A DNA stretch of 60,546 nucleotides from an uncultured Armatimonadia bacterium (lineage in GTDB: Bacteria; Armatimonadota; Zipacnadia; CAVVLO01), in NCBI GenBank assembly GCA_963749155.1, contig CAVVLO010000006.1, forward strand, positions 1-60,546. Direction: 5' to 3'. Below the pieces are notes generated by a model that was not told where the DNA came from, ran no database searches, and saw only the letters and a program-made list of their open reading frames with translations. How positions within the stretch are numbered: position 1 is the first letter of the stretch; each line of letters starts with the position of its first letter. This document shows positions 23,042-34,631 of the stretch, piece after piece. The position numbers were made by a program, and so were the translations under genes.

Positions 23042-25327
23042 TCAATCGAAGACTGACAGGTCCCAGGCGTCGAACCATTCGAGGCAGGGCTTCTCTCCAT
23101 CGAACAGAATCGGCAGCCACACATAGCGCCCATCGATGGCGTTCTGCGGCTGCCACCGGTCGGCACAGAAGATGAAAGCGTTCTTCTTCCCTTGAACCGG
23201 CAGCACATAGGTGCTCTGCGTGCCGAAAGTAAGACTGGTCTGTTCTTCTGAACCGCGGCAGGGATTGCCTAGAGGCGTCCAGGGACCCGAGAGCTTGTCT
23301 GCCACCGCCAGCCGCGCCGCGTTAGGCGCCCAGCCGGTGCAACCGGAGCTGATAAGCCAGTATTTACCCTTCCACTTGAAGAGCGCCGGCGCCTCGTTCC
23401 AGTCGCCAACCAGCGCGCGGTAGAACTCTCCAGCAGGCGCCAGGTAGTCGTCCGTCAGCTTTGAGAACTGCAGCGTGCTGTTTTCTTCGGAGGAATAGAC
23501 ATGCCAGGCGGTGCCGTCATCGTCGACAAAAAGCGTCATATCGCGCGCCATCTGGCCGCTATCGAAATCTCGCCGGTAGAGCAAGTTGGCAGCCAGGCCA
23601 TCCACCGGAGCGCCCCAGAGGTCCAGCTTGCCGAGTTCAGCTTTCTCCTCTTCGGTCAGCAGATGGCGCCATTCTTCAGCGGCATTGGCGGGATAGACGC
23701 TGGCATTGGGGCGGAAGGACTTCACGAACTGGAAAGGTCCTGCAGGCGTATCTGAGACAGCTACTCCCGAACGAGCCGCGCTGTAACCTTGCCCGGCAAG
23801 CTCCAGATGGAACCACATCACGAACTTGCCTGTCTTCGCATTATAAATCACCTTGGGCCGCTCGATGACATTGCCAGGGGCTACCTCTGTGCCCGGGAAA
23901 TTGGCCATGGAGAGGGCAATACCCTCGTCCTTCCAGTTGTAGAGGTCGCGCGAGCTGTAGCAATGGACGCCAACCCAGGCGACATTGCCCGCCTCGCCAG
24001 CGACTTTATGCTCGCCATACCAGTAATAGAGGCCCTCGTGATAGAGCAGTCCGCCCCCGTGGGCGTTGATGGCGGTACCGGTGTTATCCAGCCAGACCTG
24101 CCCAGGACGGAACTCGTCATATACAACTGGTGGTTCTTTCACTCCTGCTGCGCCAAGTCCAAACACGCGCACCTCGGTCCCTTCGCTTTCAGGATGCTTT
24201 TCGGCCAGTAGCTCCAACCGCACCTTGTGCAGGCCCGGTGGCAAGTCTTTGGCGATCTCCCAGGTGTGCCGCCAGCCGCCCCAGGTTGCGGGGAACCAGG
24301 TATCATGGATTTGCGCGGGCAGGTCATCTACCTGGACCTTCACCATCCCCATCGGCCCGCGCAGGTGGAAGTCCATCAACATCAGCCGCGTGCCGGCAAG
24401 CTCGAACTCGATTACGCTGCCGGGTTCGGTCGCGCTCCAGAAGCCCCACACGGGGTCGGTATTCGTCAGGGTCCAGCCCTGGTTGCTGACCGGATTGAGG
24501 AAGCCCGCCTCGCGCAAAGCTACATACTGGAAGTCGTCACTGATAAGCGGCTCTGGCAGCGGTTTGATGGCCTGTAGCTTGCCATCGGAAGGGAGTGTCG
24601 TAAGCACTTTCTCCAGCGCAAAGCCAACAATGCGCGCGCACCAGGCGTGACCTCGGTCATTGGGATGGATCTCATCGGGCGAGATATCAGTCCATTTGAG
24701 GCGTCCTGCTTCAATCTCCGGCCACAGCGCATCGCGATAGCTGACCATCGGCAGGTTGTAATGGGTGCCGACTTTGCCATGCCATTCCTGGGCGTTGCCG
24801 CCCGCCATATTCATCATAAAGAGCAGCATCACGGCCGGTTGCTGAGGCTCATCCAGCAACTGGCGCAGCAGGCCTTCGAGGGTCTCGGCGAACTCCTCCC
24901 CGTTGCCGTCGTTGACGCCGTATTCCACCACGACGAAATCCGGTTTGTGAGAGAGCAGATCGCGTTTCAGCCTCAAGGCGCCGAAGCTGGAGCCTGTCGC
25001 CCCTATCCCCGCGTTGTGGAAGCTGATCTGGGCCTTCGGGAAATGCTCCTGCCACCATTTCGCGACCAGGTTGCCGTAGCGGGTTTCCACTTTTGTCGCC
25101 GAGGCGCCTTGGGTGATTGAGCCACCTATCACCGCCACTGACACCGGCTCGCCCCTGCGAGCTTTGGCCAGCACGTGCTGGACTCGAGCCGTGTCACCAA
25201 GTGTCACCAGAGAACGCTCGATCATTGCTTTTACCTCCGCGGCGCGACTGGTTGGAGCCGCAGGTGACTGCGCGAGGCAGCCTGCCGCAAGCGCCAGCAC
25301 CAGTGCCAAAATCACGATTCTTGCCAT
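23042..25327 (-). CDS. Secreted SGNH/GDSL esterase fused to a GH43 (GH43_24-like) domain
   Basis: GGSITQG, NAGIGATGS, EYGVND and DEIHPN (SGNH); AHGGG..YYWYGEHK, IERPKVIYN and RDMTLFVDDDG (GH43). Confidence 0.88.
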   Translation of the reverse strand: MARIVILALVLALAAGCLAQSPAAPTSRAAEVKAMIERSLVTLGDTARVQHVLAKARRGEPVSVAVIGGSITQGASATKVETRYGNLVAKWWQEHFPKAQISFHNAGIGATGSSFGALRLKRDLLSHKPDFVVVEYGVNDGNGEEFAETLEGLLRQLLDEPQQPAVMLLFMMNMAGGNAQEWHGKVGTHYNLPMVSYRDALWPEIEAGRLKWTDISPDEIHPNDRGHAWCARIVGFALEKVLTTLPSDGKLQAIKPLPEPLISDDFQYVALREAGFLNPVSNQGWTLTNTDPVWGFWSATEPGSVIEFELAGTRLMLMDFHLRGPMGMVKVQVDDLPAQIHDTWFPATWGGWRHTWEIAKDLPPGLHKVRLELLAEKHPESEGTEVRVFGLGAAGVKEPPVVYDEFRPGQVWLDNTGTAINAHGGGLLYHEGLYYWYGEHKVAGEAGNVAWVGVHCYSSRDLYNWKDEGIALSMANFPGTEVAPGNVIERPKVIYNAKTGKFVMWFHLELAGQGYSAARSGVAVSDTPAGPFQFVKSFRPNASVYPANAAEEWRHLLTEEEKAELGKLDLWGAPVDGLAANLLYRRDFDSGQMARDMTLFVDDDGTAWHVYSSEENSTLQFSKLTDDYLAPAGEFYRALVGDWNEAPALFKWKGKYWLISSGCTGWAPNAARLAVADKLSGPWTPLGNPCRGSEEQTSLTFGTQSTYVLPVQGKKNAFIFCADRWQPQNAIDGRYVWLPILFDGEKPCLEWFDAWDLSVFD

Positions 25328-25342
25328 ATCGGACTCAACTCC

Positions 25343-26476
25343 TCAATACTTGCCGTACGTGCGGGCCGTCTCCACCATCGCATGCAGGTTCTCGAAGGGC
25401 GTGTCGCGCCCGCACTGGTCACCCGTCGAAAGCACGAAGCCGCCGCCCTCCGCTCCCTCATCAATAGCCTTCTTGCTGGCCGCGATTACGTCCTCCACCG
25501 ACCCGTAAAGCATCGTCTGGGTGGTGTGGAGATTGCCTTTCAAGAGGAGCTTGTCGCCATAAAGGCGCTTCAGCTCCGCCAGGTCGCAGTCGCCCATTGG
25601 GGGGATCTCAAGCGGGTCTATGATAGTGAGGTTGCTCTCCTCGGCCATTATCTTAACCAGCTCTTTTTCCGGCCCGCAGGAATGCAGGTGGGTGTAGAGT
25701 CCAGCCTCGGTCGCCAGATCTATCGCGCGTTTCACGGCGGGGAAGGCGAGCTTGCGGAAAATCTCCGGCGTCTGGAAGACCAGCGTGCCCGAGCCACCTA
25801 CACAGATAAAGTCGGGCTTCTCTTCCATCGTCATAATACGCGCAAAGCGTTGCTCTGCGGCCGTGATACGTTGCTCGGTAGCGCGCTCCCACTTCTCTGG
25901 ATTCTCGTAATAGTCAACGATTGAGGCCTCATCATAGAGGGCTGCGCTGTAGGTGACGAAAGCGCCGATAAGCCCCTGGTTACCGAGCTTCTCCTTGAAG
26001 CGCCTGAAGCCCTCAGGCCCTACGTCCACTGGTTTTACGCCCTCAAGTGGTTCCCAGGACTCCGGCTCGGGCGGCAGGCCGATTTTAGCAGGCGGCAGTC
26101 CGCCTGTCGGGGGGTCGGCGATGTAGTAGACGTCCACTGTCGGCGCCCAGATGCGCTTGCCGTTCTCCACATAAGAAGCCTGCGTGATGATGCGCTCGGG
26201 CGTGCGCTTGATGATGAAACGCTCCCAGGGCGGGCCGCCAGCCCACTCTTCGGGGAAGGACAGCGGGAAGTAACCGTCCATCAGCACGTCGAGGTCGAAG
26301 TAACGCGCCGCCGCCAGGTAGGCCTCCCAGATGGGCGGGTCGTTGTAGAGGTACAAATCCCAGAAAGGCTTGCCCGTGAGGCGCGCCGGTACCATATTCG
26401 AGATATCGGGCATCACCGGCACGCAGTCGGGTATCTCCCTCCGGAGGGTAATCAATAGTCTTTCGCGATTTGTCAT
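25343..26476 (-). CDS. Uroporphyrinogen decarboxylase family protein
   Basis: MTNRERLL..PDCVPV, HLHSCG, LKGNL, GGGFVLSTGDQ, TPFENL. Confidence 0.88.
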   Translation of the reverse strand: MTNRERLLITLRREIPDCVPVMPDISNMVPARLTGKPFWDLYLYNDPPIWEAYLAAARYFDLDVLMDGYFPLSFPEEWAGGPPWERFIIKRTPERIITQASYVENGKRIWAPTVDVYYIADPPTGGLPPAKIGLPPEPESWEPLEGVKPVDVGPEGFRRFKEKLGNQGLIGAFVTYSAALYDEASIVDYYENPEKWERATEQRITAAEQRFARIMTMEEKPDFICVGGSGTLVFQTPEIFRKLAFPAVKRAIDLATEAGLYTHLHSCGPEKELVKIMAEESNLTIIDPLEIPPMGDCDLAELKRLYGDKLLLKGNLHTTQTMLYGSVEDVIAASKKAIDEGAEGGGFVLSTGDQCGRDTPFENLHAMVETARTYGKY

Positions 26477-26503
26477 TGGCTTTTCAGTCCTCTTTCTGAA
26501 GAA

Positions 26504-26534
26504 AGGGCCGCCGGAGGCGCGCTCCGACGGCCCT
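26504..26534 (-). terminator. Probable intrinsic terminator after fucI
   Basis: agggccg-ccggag...ctccg-acggccct stem, followed on the minus strand by ttctt. Confidence 0.55.
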
Positions 26535-26560
26535 GGTCTGCTTCGCTTCGAGCTTGCCTG

Positions 26561-28277
26561 TTACCTGCCTGCCTGCTTCAGCTTGGTGGCGAGTTCTCCG
26601 CCGTTGATGAGATGCAAAAGCGGGGTCGGCCTGTCCACGCCTTCGATGTAGTTCGGACGCGCCTGCCACGGGGTCAGTGACAGCACATTGGCGAGGTCCA
26701 TCCAGTATTCCAGCACCGCCGGCTTCAGCCCCCAGGTCATATGGAAGTGGTTGGCAGGGGCGAACTGCTTGTACTCGCCCATCGTCGCGTACTTGGGCAC
26801 GACGAAGGTATGCGGCCAGACGGGGGTGGAGGTGTCCGCGACCGCAAGCGCAAGCTTCTCGGGCAGGTCCACAGTTGTGGCTTCATCCCACAGCAGGCTG
26901 AAGAGGTTCTGATCGGCGCTGTAGGCCAGCCGGCTCGCGATCCCCTCGACACCGCCGGGCGAGAAGAAGTTCACGCAGTTGCCTCCGCCGGGGAAGTAGA
27001 ACTCCTCCGCCAGCGGCAGGCGCACGCCCTTCATTATCTCGTCCACCGAGGCGCCAGGCTTCGCTGCCCAGTCGAAGGCCGCGCTGCCCGAGTTGTCGCC
27101 GTCCACGAGGCCCTTCTTGCGCCACAGGGCGTCCGGCTCGACATCGCCCATGCCGATATCGGCGGCTTTCTTGTTGATCTCCCAGGGCTCCCAGACCTTG
27201 CGGAAGTCCATAAAGAGAGGCGGATTGCCGCCCGAAAGCCAGGTCGAGAAGAGCATCGTCAGCAGCCCCTGGACATCGGCTTCGGTTGCGTAAGGCGTCG
27301 GGGCTTTGCGGCCGTTATGGTCGAAGGTCGAGTTGAAGAGCGACTCCATCGCGTCGGCCACCGGGCAGGGGGATGCCCCGAGGGTCCGAGCCCCATTCGA
27401 GCTGGCTCATAAAGCCGCCGCCCACGGCGTTCAGGTCCGCCATCAGGTCGCGCACGATCAGGTACATCGCGAGGCTCTTGTTGAAGCGCTCGCTGTCCGT
27501 GTCGTCGCGCAGCTCGATGCCGCCGCCGGCCTTCGCGTCGAGGAAGGCGCGCAGGGCCTTTACCTCTTCCACGTCGTAGGAGCCCTTGTTCAGCATATCG
27601 GCCAGCAGCTTCATGTCGAGGCGCGTGATCTCAAGCCCCAGCAGGTTGCGCGTGGGGAGGATATGCATCAGGGCGGTCTCCATCCCCATCGAGTCGTGAC
27701 CGAAGATGACCACCCGCCGGCCCTTGAGGGCGACCTTGGTGACCGCGGCGTAGCACCAGTCCACCAGCGCCTCGGCCGTGGCGTCGGTCATTACAGGTTT
27801 CATCCCCGTATCTGGCCAGGTGCCGACATTGATGTGGATGAGCTTGCCGTACTGGCTAACCGCACCGCTGGCCGCATGGGTGAAGACTACCCCTGGCTTC
27901 GGCCCGCTGTTGCCGCAGGTCAGGTTGATGGGCGTGTCCTTGGGGAACTGGGACAGCAGCGAGATAAGCCCAAGCTGCGGGAAAGCCCAGGTGTCGGGCA
28001 CGCAGACGAGGATATTGACGCCCTGCGCCTCGAACTGGCGCGCGACCATATCGGCTTCTTTTTCGCCGTCCACGAGGATGGGCGACCACACGACTTTCAC
28101 CGGTGCGCCGTCGGGCAGTTTGACCCGGTCGGCCAGTATGTCGGCGGTCATCTCGATGATGTTCTGACAACGCATGCGCGATTCGGCATCCACGCGCGGA
28201 TCGCTGGTGGCCCAGACCCCGATGGTCGGCGCCTTGGCGATGTGCTCTTGCTGGTCAGGAAGACGGATAGCTCCCAC
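26561..28277 (-). CDS. fucI: L-fucose isomerase family protein (frameshift near 27362)
   Basis: DSMGME, ATEAD, DNSG, WPHTF, ANHFH; RBS AGGAG before GTG 28277. Confidence 0.78.
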
Positions 28278-28513
28278 TTCAAACACTCCTTTGCTCGGTC
28301 GCGCGGGCTTGCTCGCGCGCCGTAATTTGATAAGGCGGACTGGCTTCTAACCCTCAGCGGTAGAGATTCGTCATGCAAGACGTACTTCCTTCTGGGCAGA
28401 GGGAAAGTCGCTTTCTCACCGAAGTTGCGCAGGATCAGATTAGCATGGGGCAACCGGCTTGCTTTCTCTTGTATAATCTTGCAAAGCTGATTTTCTGTGG
28501 GAGTGACCCGGAG

Positions 28514-30652
28514 ATGCAATATGCGCCTTGGCAGCTAGTTATCACCACAAGCCTGAAACGTCAGGACACTTTAGGATTTCCACTTTCAGCCTTGCTGAGG
28601 GCAAAGAGCTTCCGCGCTTCCGAGGGCCAGCCAATGACCGTCCGGCGGCGCCCTGGCCCTTAACGCAGTGCTGGAAGGCTGTCCCCTGTATCACGCGCCA
28701 GGCGAGCTGCTGGTCGGCACGGGCCATTCCCGCTACACCGAGCAGGGCGATATGGAAGAGTTGAAAGCTGCTCAGGAGTATCTCGCTACCCTTGGCAGCC
28801 GCCATTTCGGCACCACTTTCGATCATGTTGCGCCCAATTATCGCCGGCTCCTCTGCCGAGGGCATAAGCGGCACTCTGCAGCGGGTAGACGCTGCTCTTG
28901 CGACGCACACCGACCCCCAAAAGCGCGCCTTCCTGCAGTCGGTTGGCGAAGCGCTCGAGGGGCTTGCTGCCTATTTTGAGAACTGGAGCGACCGCCTCGT
29001 CGAGGCTGCCGACGCCAGTATGGATTATCCCGAGCTGCTGGCTGCGCAGTCGCGGATAATGGCAAAGCTCGCTTCCGAGCCGCCCTCGACCTTCTGGGAA
29101 GCCGTCCAGCTTGTTTTCAGCCTGCATACGGTCTTCCAGCTCGATGACCGCTATGCGATGGCGCTTGGCCGCGCCGACCAGTATCTCTGGCCCTTCCTCG
29201 AGGCCGACCTGGCGGCAGGCCGGGTGGATATGGACTTCGCCCAGGACCTGATCGACCACTTCATCGCCAAGCTCGCCCATCGCGGCGACATCCAGAACAT
29301 CGCCATCGGCGGTACAACGCGGGAGGGAGAGGACGCCGTCAATCCGGTCACCTTCCTGCTGCTGGAGGCCGTGCGACGTATCCAGCAGCCGGGCGGCAAC
29401 CTGACCGCGCGCATCAGCCCGAAGAACCCCGACGCCTTCGTGGAGAAGTGCGCCGAGGTCATCGCAACAGGGGCAGGCTTCCCCGCGGTCTACAACGACG
29501 ATATCGGCATCAAAGGCCTTGTGCAGCAAGGCTTCCCGCTGGAAGACGCGCGCGATTTCTGCTTCGTGGGGTGCATCGAGATCCATATCCAGGGCAAGCA
29601 CGCGCCCTGGTCGGATGGCAGATTCAGCCTGCCGTGGTGCGCCAACCTGGCGCTCTTCGATGGCTGGGATCATGTGACCGATCGCCAGGCCGGGCCTCAT
29701 ACCGGAGAGCCCGCCACCTGGGAGGACTTCTACGAGGCATATCTGACCCAGGTAGAGACCAACTTCAAGGCCCATGTCGAGGCCGTCAACGCTATGAAGC
29801 GCCAGCATGACGAGCGGCCGGACGACCTTACCAGCCCTCTGCTTTCGGCACTGGTGGACGATTGCATCGCGCGCGGGCTGGACGTAGCGGGCGGAGGGGC
29901 CATCTACCCCAACAACCACGGCGTGGCGGGGATGGGAATCGGCACTACTTCCGACTCGCTGATGGCCATCCGGAAGTTCGTCTACGAAGAGGGGCGCTTC
30001 TCCCTCGACGAACTCAGAGCCCTCCTGCTAGCCAATTTCGAGGGCTATGAGGCCGAGCGCGCGCTGCTCTTGCGCGGCGCCCCCAAATACGGCAACGACG
30101 TGCCCGAGGTAGATGCCCTGGCTCGCGAGGTCGCCGCCCATTTCGGGCTGGAATGCCTGAAGTATCGCACCCCGACCGGCGGGCAGTTCTGGGGCCTGCT
30201 GGGCGCCAATATCAGCAACATCTACGCGGGCCGCGAGTTGGGCGCGACAGCGGACGGCCGCCTGGCCTTCGAGCCGCTCTCAGATGCCGCCTCGCCCACC
30301 TTCGGGCGCGATGAGAACGGCCCCACCGCGGTAGCGCGCTCCGTGGCCAACATTGACTACAGCCTGCTGCCGGGCGGCAATGTGGTGAATATGAAGTTCC
30401 ACCCGACCGCCGTGGCGGGGGAGAAAGGCGCAAGGAGCCTTGCGCAGCTAATCCGCACCTGCTTCGAGCTGGGCGGGGCGCAGCTTCAGTTCAACACCAA
30501 CTCGCGCCAGTTGCTACTGGAGGCGATGGAGCACCCTGAGGCTCATCGCAACCTCACCGTGCGCGTCTCGGGCTTCTCGGCCTACTTCGTCCAACTCGAC
30601 CGCGCCGTGCAGGAGGACATCCTCCAGCGCACCGAGCACAGCTTCGGGCTAG
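28514..30652 (+). CDS. Glycyl radical enzyme (PFL-like family), short form; frameshifts near the 5' end
   Basis: ALGRADQYLWPF, Cys loop FVGCIE, PKYGND, ATADGR, QLQFN, Gly loop VRVSGFSAYF. The true stop is probably TAG 30650-30652, after TEHSFG; the ORF track runs on into hairpin DNA. Confidence 0.9.
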
Positions 30653-30663
30653 GGCGGAAGACC

Positions 30664-30961
30664 GCAGGGGGAATTTCCCCCTGCACCCCCGATTCGCTTC
30701 GCGTCGCTTGGCCGGAACGCAACCACACAAACGATGGTGCAGGGGTTCTACCCCTGCACCTGCCTCCTTACTGGCGTGTTTCGGGAACTCGTTCCCGAAA
30801 CCTTGCTTTTACCAACCACCTTGGCTTTATGTAGGGGCGGGTCTCGGACCCGCCCAGCCCGAGGCGCCCGAGGCCCTGAGGCTCTCGAAGGGCCAATCCA
30901 ATAACCTTGCCGCAAGTGTCCTATCAAGGAATCGATGGTGCAGGGGTTCGACCCCTGCACC
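30664..30961. repeat. Cluster of REP-like palindromes
   Basis: GCAGGGG-N-CCCCTGC hairpins at 30664, 30736 and 30937; GTTTCGGGA-N-TCCCGAAAC at 30778-30801; GTAG-type hairpin GTAGGGGCGGGTCTCGGACCCGCCC at 30831-30855. Confidence 0.8.
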
Positions 30962-31110
30962 GCTCCGGCTTCTCTCGCTACCTCTGCCTCGCGAAGCAAA
31001 AATTCTATATATCTGTTTTCTTATTTCATGAAGATTAAAGCAAGTCGAGTATAATAAGTTGACAAGCGCAAACTGCCCATACTGGCCCTATATGGCCGAG
31101 GAGGCAGACT

Positions 31111-34100
31111 ATGTTCCAACTTGAGTTATTAGTTAACCTGGCTTTGCTGGTAGCCTTCAGCATTGTCTCAGGCTTTATCCAGAACCACTGGCCCCGGCAG
31201 ACTCGCACAGGATCACTACTCCAGGGATTGTTTTTTGGTACCGTTGCCGCACTCGGTATGCTGCACCCCCTGGATACAAGTTACGGTGTCTTCTTTGATG
31301 GCAGGTCTGTCCTGCTCAGCCTGTGCGCTTTTTATTTCGGCTCCTGGGCCGCCGTTGTGGCGGTCATCATAGCGGCAGCGTTCCGTACTTATTTGGACAG
31401 CGCTGGGATGGTCACTGGCTTACTGGTAATCCTCTCTTCAACGGGAATCGGACTGCTGGCCCGGTATCTGTTCAAGCCAGACCTGAAGCCGCCCACAACC
31501 CCTGGCCTCTACCTGTTTGGCATCGTCGTCCACCTGGTAATGCTTGCTTTGATGTTGACTTTGCCCGGTGGCATCGCCCTGATGGTCATAAAAGAAACCG
31601 CCTTACCTGTAATGGTATTGTATCCTCTGGCGATTGTGCTTGCTGGGAAGCTCCTTTCTGATATGGTGAAAGTAGATATCAGCAAGCAGGCGCTGCGCGA
31701 GAGTGAGGAGACCTATCGGGCGCTGGTGGCGGGACTACCGGATCTGGTGATGCGATTTGCTCGTGATGGACGCCATTTATATGTGTCTGACAAAGTAGAG
31801 CAGGTAGTGGATATGCCTGCGTCCGACTTCCTGGGGAAGACAAACTGGGAACTCGGATTTTCGGAAACCCAGTGCAAAATATGGGACGAGGCTCTACAGC
31901 GCGTTGTCGCAACCAGGGAGCCTTTCGAATCAGAATTTATCATCGAGGGCAAGCAAGGGCCAAAGGTTTTCAACTGGCGACTCATCCCGGAGTTCGACGA
32001 ACAGGGCCTTGTGCAATCAATGATTTCTGTCAGCCGAGACATAACCGAACAGCGCAGGCTGGAGCAAGAATACAAGCAACTGTTCAATGCGATGTTGAAT
32101 GGGTTCGCCGTTCATGAGCTGGTCTATGATGAGCAGGGCAAGCCGGTAGATTATCGTTTCCTGGCCGTAAATCCAGCCTTTGAGCGAATGACCGGACTCC
32201 GAGCAGACGTTATCATCGGCAAGACAGTCCGCGAGGTGTTGCCGGAAACCGAGGATTACTGGCTGGAGATCTACAGCAAAGTAGTCGAATCTGGCGAACC
32301 TGCCCAGTTTGAAAATTACTCCGGAGCACTGGACAAGTACTTCGAAGTTACTGCTTTCCGGCCTGCGCCAAACCAATTTGCCTGCCTATTGCATGACATA
32401 ACCCAGCGCAAGATGGCAGAGAAGTCTCTGAGAGACAGTGAGGCGCTGCTTAGAGAGTCTCAGTCTATTGCGCATATTGGCAGTTGGGAGCTCGACCGGG
32501 TATCCAATCGGCTGACCTGGTCAGAAGGAGTGAACAAGGTATTTGGGTTACCCTCCGGAATCTCGTCTGCCACTTATGAGGCTTTCCTGGAGCTCGTTCA
32601 CCCCGAAGACCGCGCTGCTGTGGCGGCTGCTTATAACGCATCCTTTAGCGAGGGCAGTAGCCTTTACGAGATCGAACACCGCATAATCCGCCAGGATAAT
32701 CAAGAAGTACGGGTCGTCTATGAGACTTGTGAACACGTAAGAGATGCTTCAGGTCAGGTTATCCGGTCTATCGGGATGGTTCAGGATATCACCGAACACA
32801 AGCAGGTCGAAAATGAGATTGAGAGAGAGATGCCTTCCTGGCTGGCCTCCTCAATACAATCCCTATCCCCGTGTTCCACAAAGATAGAGAAGGGCGATAC
32901 CAGGCTGCCAACAGCGCCTTCTTGATCTTCCTTGGTGAAACGAGGGAACGCGTTATAGGCAAAACGGTCTTCGACATTAATCCCTCTGAGTATGCGACCG
33001 TCTTCCATGCCAAAGATTTGGAATTGATGGAGATAGGAGGAGTACAGCAGTACGAGGCCCAGGTAGTGAATAGGCGCGAAGAGACACGCGATGTGGTCTT
33101 TTACAAGGCGGCTATGACTGATAGCCAGGGCCTTGTGGTTGGGCTGGTCGGCGCCATACTCGACATCACTGAACGCAAGCAGGCCGAGGAGGAGCGGGCT
33201 ACGCTCCAGGCACAGCTCCTGCAATCACAGAAGTTGGAGTCAGTAGGTCGTTTGGCTGGAGGCGTAGCTCACGACTACAACAATATGCTCAGTGTGATTC
33301 TCGGGTATGCGGATCTGGCAAAAGGCAGGCTGGCGCCAGGAGATCCACTGGAAGATGATCTCCAGGAGATAATCGGCGCCGCAGAACGTTCCGCGGACAT
33401 CACCCGGCAACTGCTGGCCTTCGCCAGCAAGCAGACTATCGCCCCGAAGCTGGCAAATATCAACGAACTCATTGAGAATATGCTTAAGATGCTCCGCAGG
33501 TTGATCGGTGAGAATATAGAGTTGTCCTGGTTGCCAGGAGTTGAATCTGGGGCCAGTCCAGATTGATCTCTCACAGTTCGATCAGATACTTGCCAACCTG
33601 TGTGTCAATGCGCGAGACGCAATTACCGGAGTGGGCAAAATCACCATTGAGACGACGAGGGTGACTCTCGATACAACGTATGACGCCGGCCATGTCGAAT
33701 CACGCCCCGGTGACTTTGTGCAACTGGCGGTCAGTGATGATGGCTGCGGTATGGATGCGGAAACGCTCGGAAGGGTCTTCGAGCCTTTCTTCACAACGAA
33801 AGCGAAGGACAAGGGCACAGGCCTGGGGCTTGCCACAGTTTATGGGATAGTCAGGCAGAATAATGGCTTCATTAATATCTACAGCGAACCAGGCCAGGGA
33901 ACTACCTTCAAAATCTACCTGCCTTGTCAGGTGGGAGAAGTCGCAGCAGTCGAGGAAGAAGGCGCCATCGCGACTCCAATCGGTGGCGCCGAGACAGTGT
34001 TGCTGGTCGAGGATGAACCGGCGATACTGAAAATGGCCGAGACAATGCTGGAGATACTTGGTTATCGTGTCCTGGCAGCCAGCACACCCTTGGAGGCTCT

Positions 34101-34356
34101 GCGCCTGGCCGGCGAGCATGCTGGCGATATCAGCCTGCTTCTTACCGATGTGATAATGCCCCAGATGGATGGCCACGAACTGACCGAGCAATTGCAAGTC
34201 GTATGCCCGGGGCTTAAGACCCTCTATATGTCAGGCTACACCGCGGAGGTAATAGCCCATCGGGGTGTGCTGCAACCGGGAGTAGCCTTCCTGCAAAAGC
34301 CTTTCGCTCTCAGAGACCTGGCGTTTAAGGTCAGGGCAGTGCTGGAACAACCTTAA
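31111..34356 (+). CDS. Hybrid sensor histidine kinase: 5TM-LYT membrane domain, multiple PAS/PAC, HisKA, HATPase, REC (frameshifts near 32830 and 33545)
   Basis: [10 protein letters not shown] region; several ..DIT..K/R PAC ends; [38 protein letters not shown]. Confidence 0.93.
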
Positions 34357-34517
34357 CGGTGCTGTGGTCTGTTCCTGTTCCTCCGTTGCCGGCTGGATCG
34401 CCAGGGGGCTAGGCTCGGAACGTCCTCTCGCTCCACCTTCTCCCGAGCCAGAGGCGCAAGGGTAGAGCCCTCGCACCATAGGAATCAGGAACCGAACCCA
34501 GCCCCTCGGACTCTCGG

Positions 34518-34555
34518 CGCGAAGCGAGTCCGGGGTGCAGGGGTACTACCCCTGC
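34518..34555. repeat. REP-like hairpin with TCGCTTCGCG tail (reverse orientation)
   Basis: cgcgaagcgagtccggggtgcaggggtactacccctgc; same family as 30664, 40484, 45193 and 58922. Confidence 0.75.
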
Positions 34556-34631
34556 CAGCAGGAGGCCCCTCTCCCCAGCCGAATCTAAGCCCCGAAGTTG
34601 CTTCTAGCTGCCCGAGGAGAGGGTCGTTCCT

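Noticed and set aside
27306..28325. Long antisense ORFs (this one, 16922..17692, 19685..20920, 28786..29919, 54670..55638)
   Set aside because: Shadow ORFs opposite well-supported genes, as expected in GC-rich DNA.
30653..30834. C-terminal extension of the glycyl radical enzyme in the ORF track
   Set aside because: GREs end shortly after the Gly loop. The extension translates hairpin DNA and probably results from one extra G before TAG.
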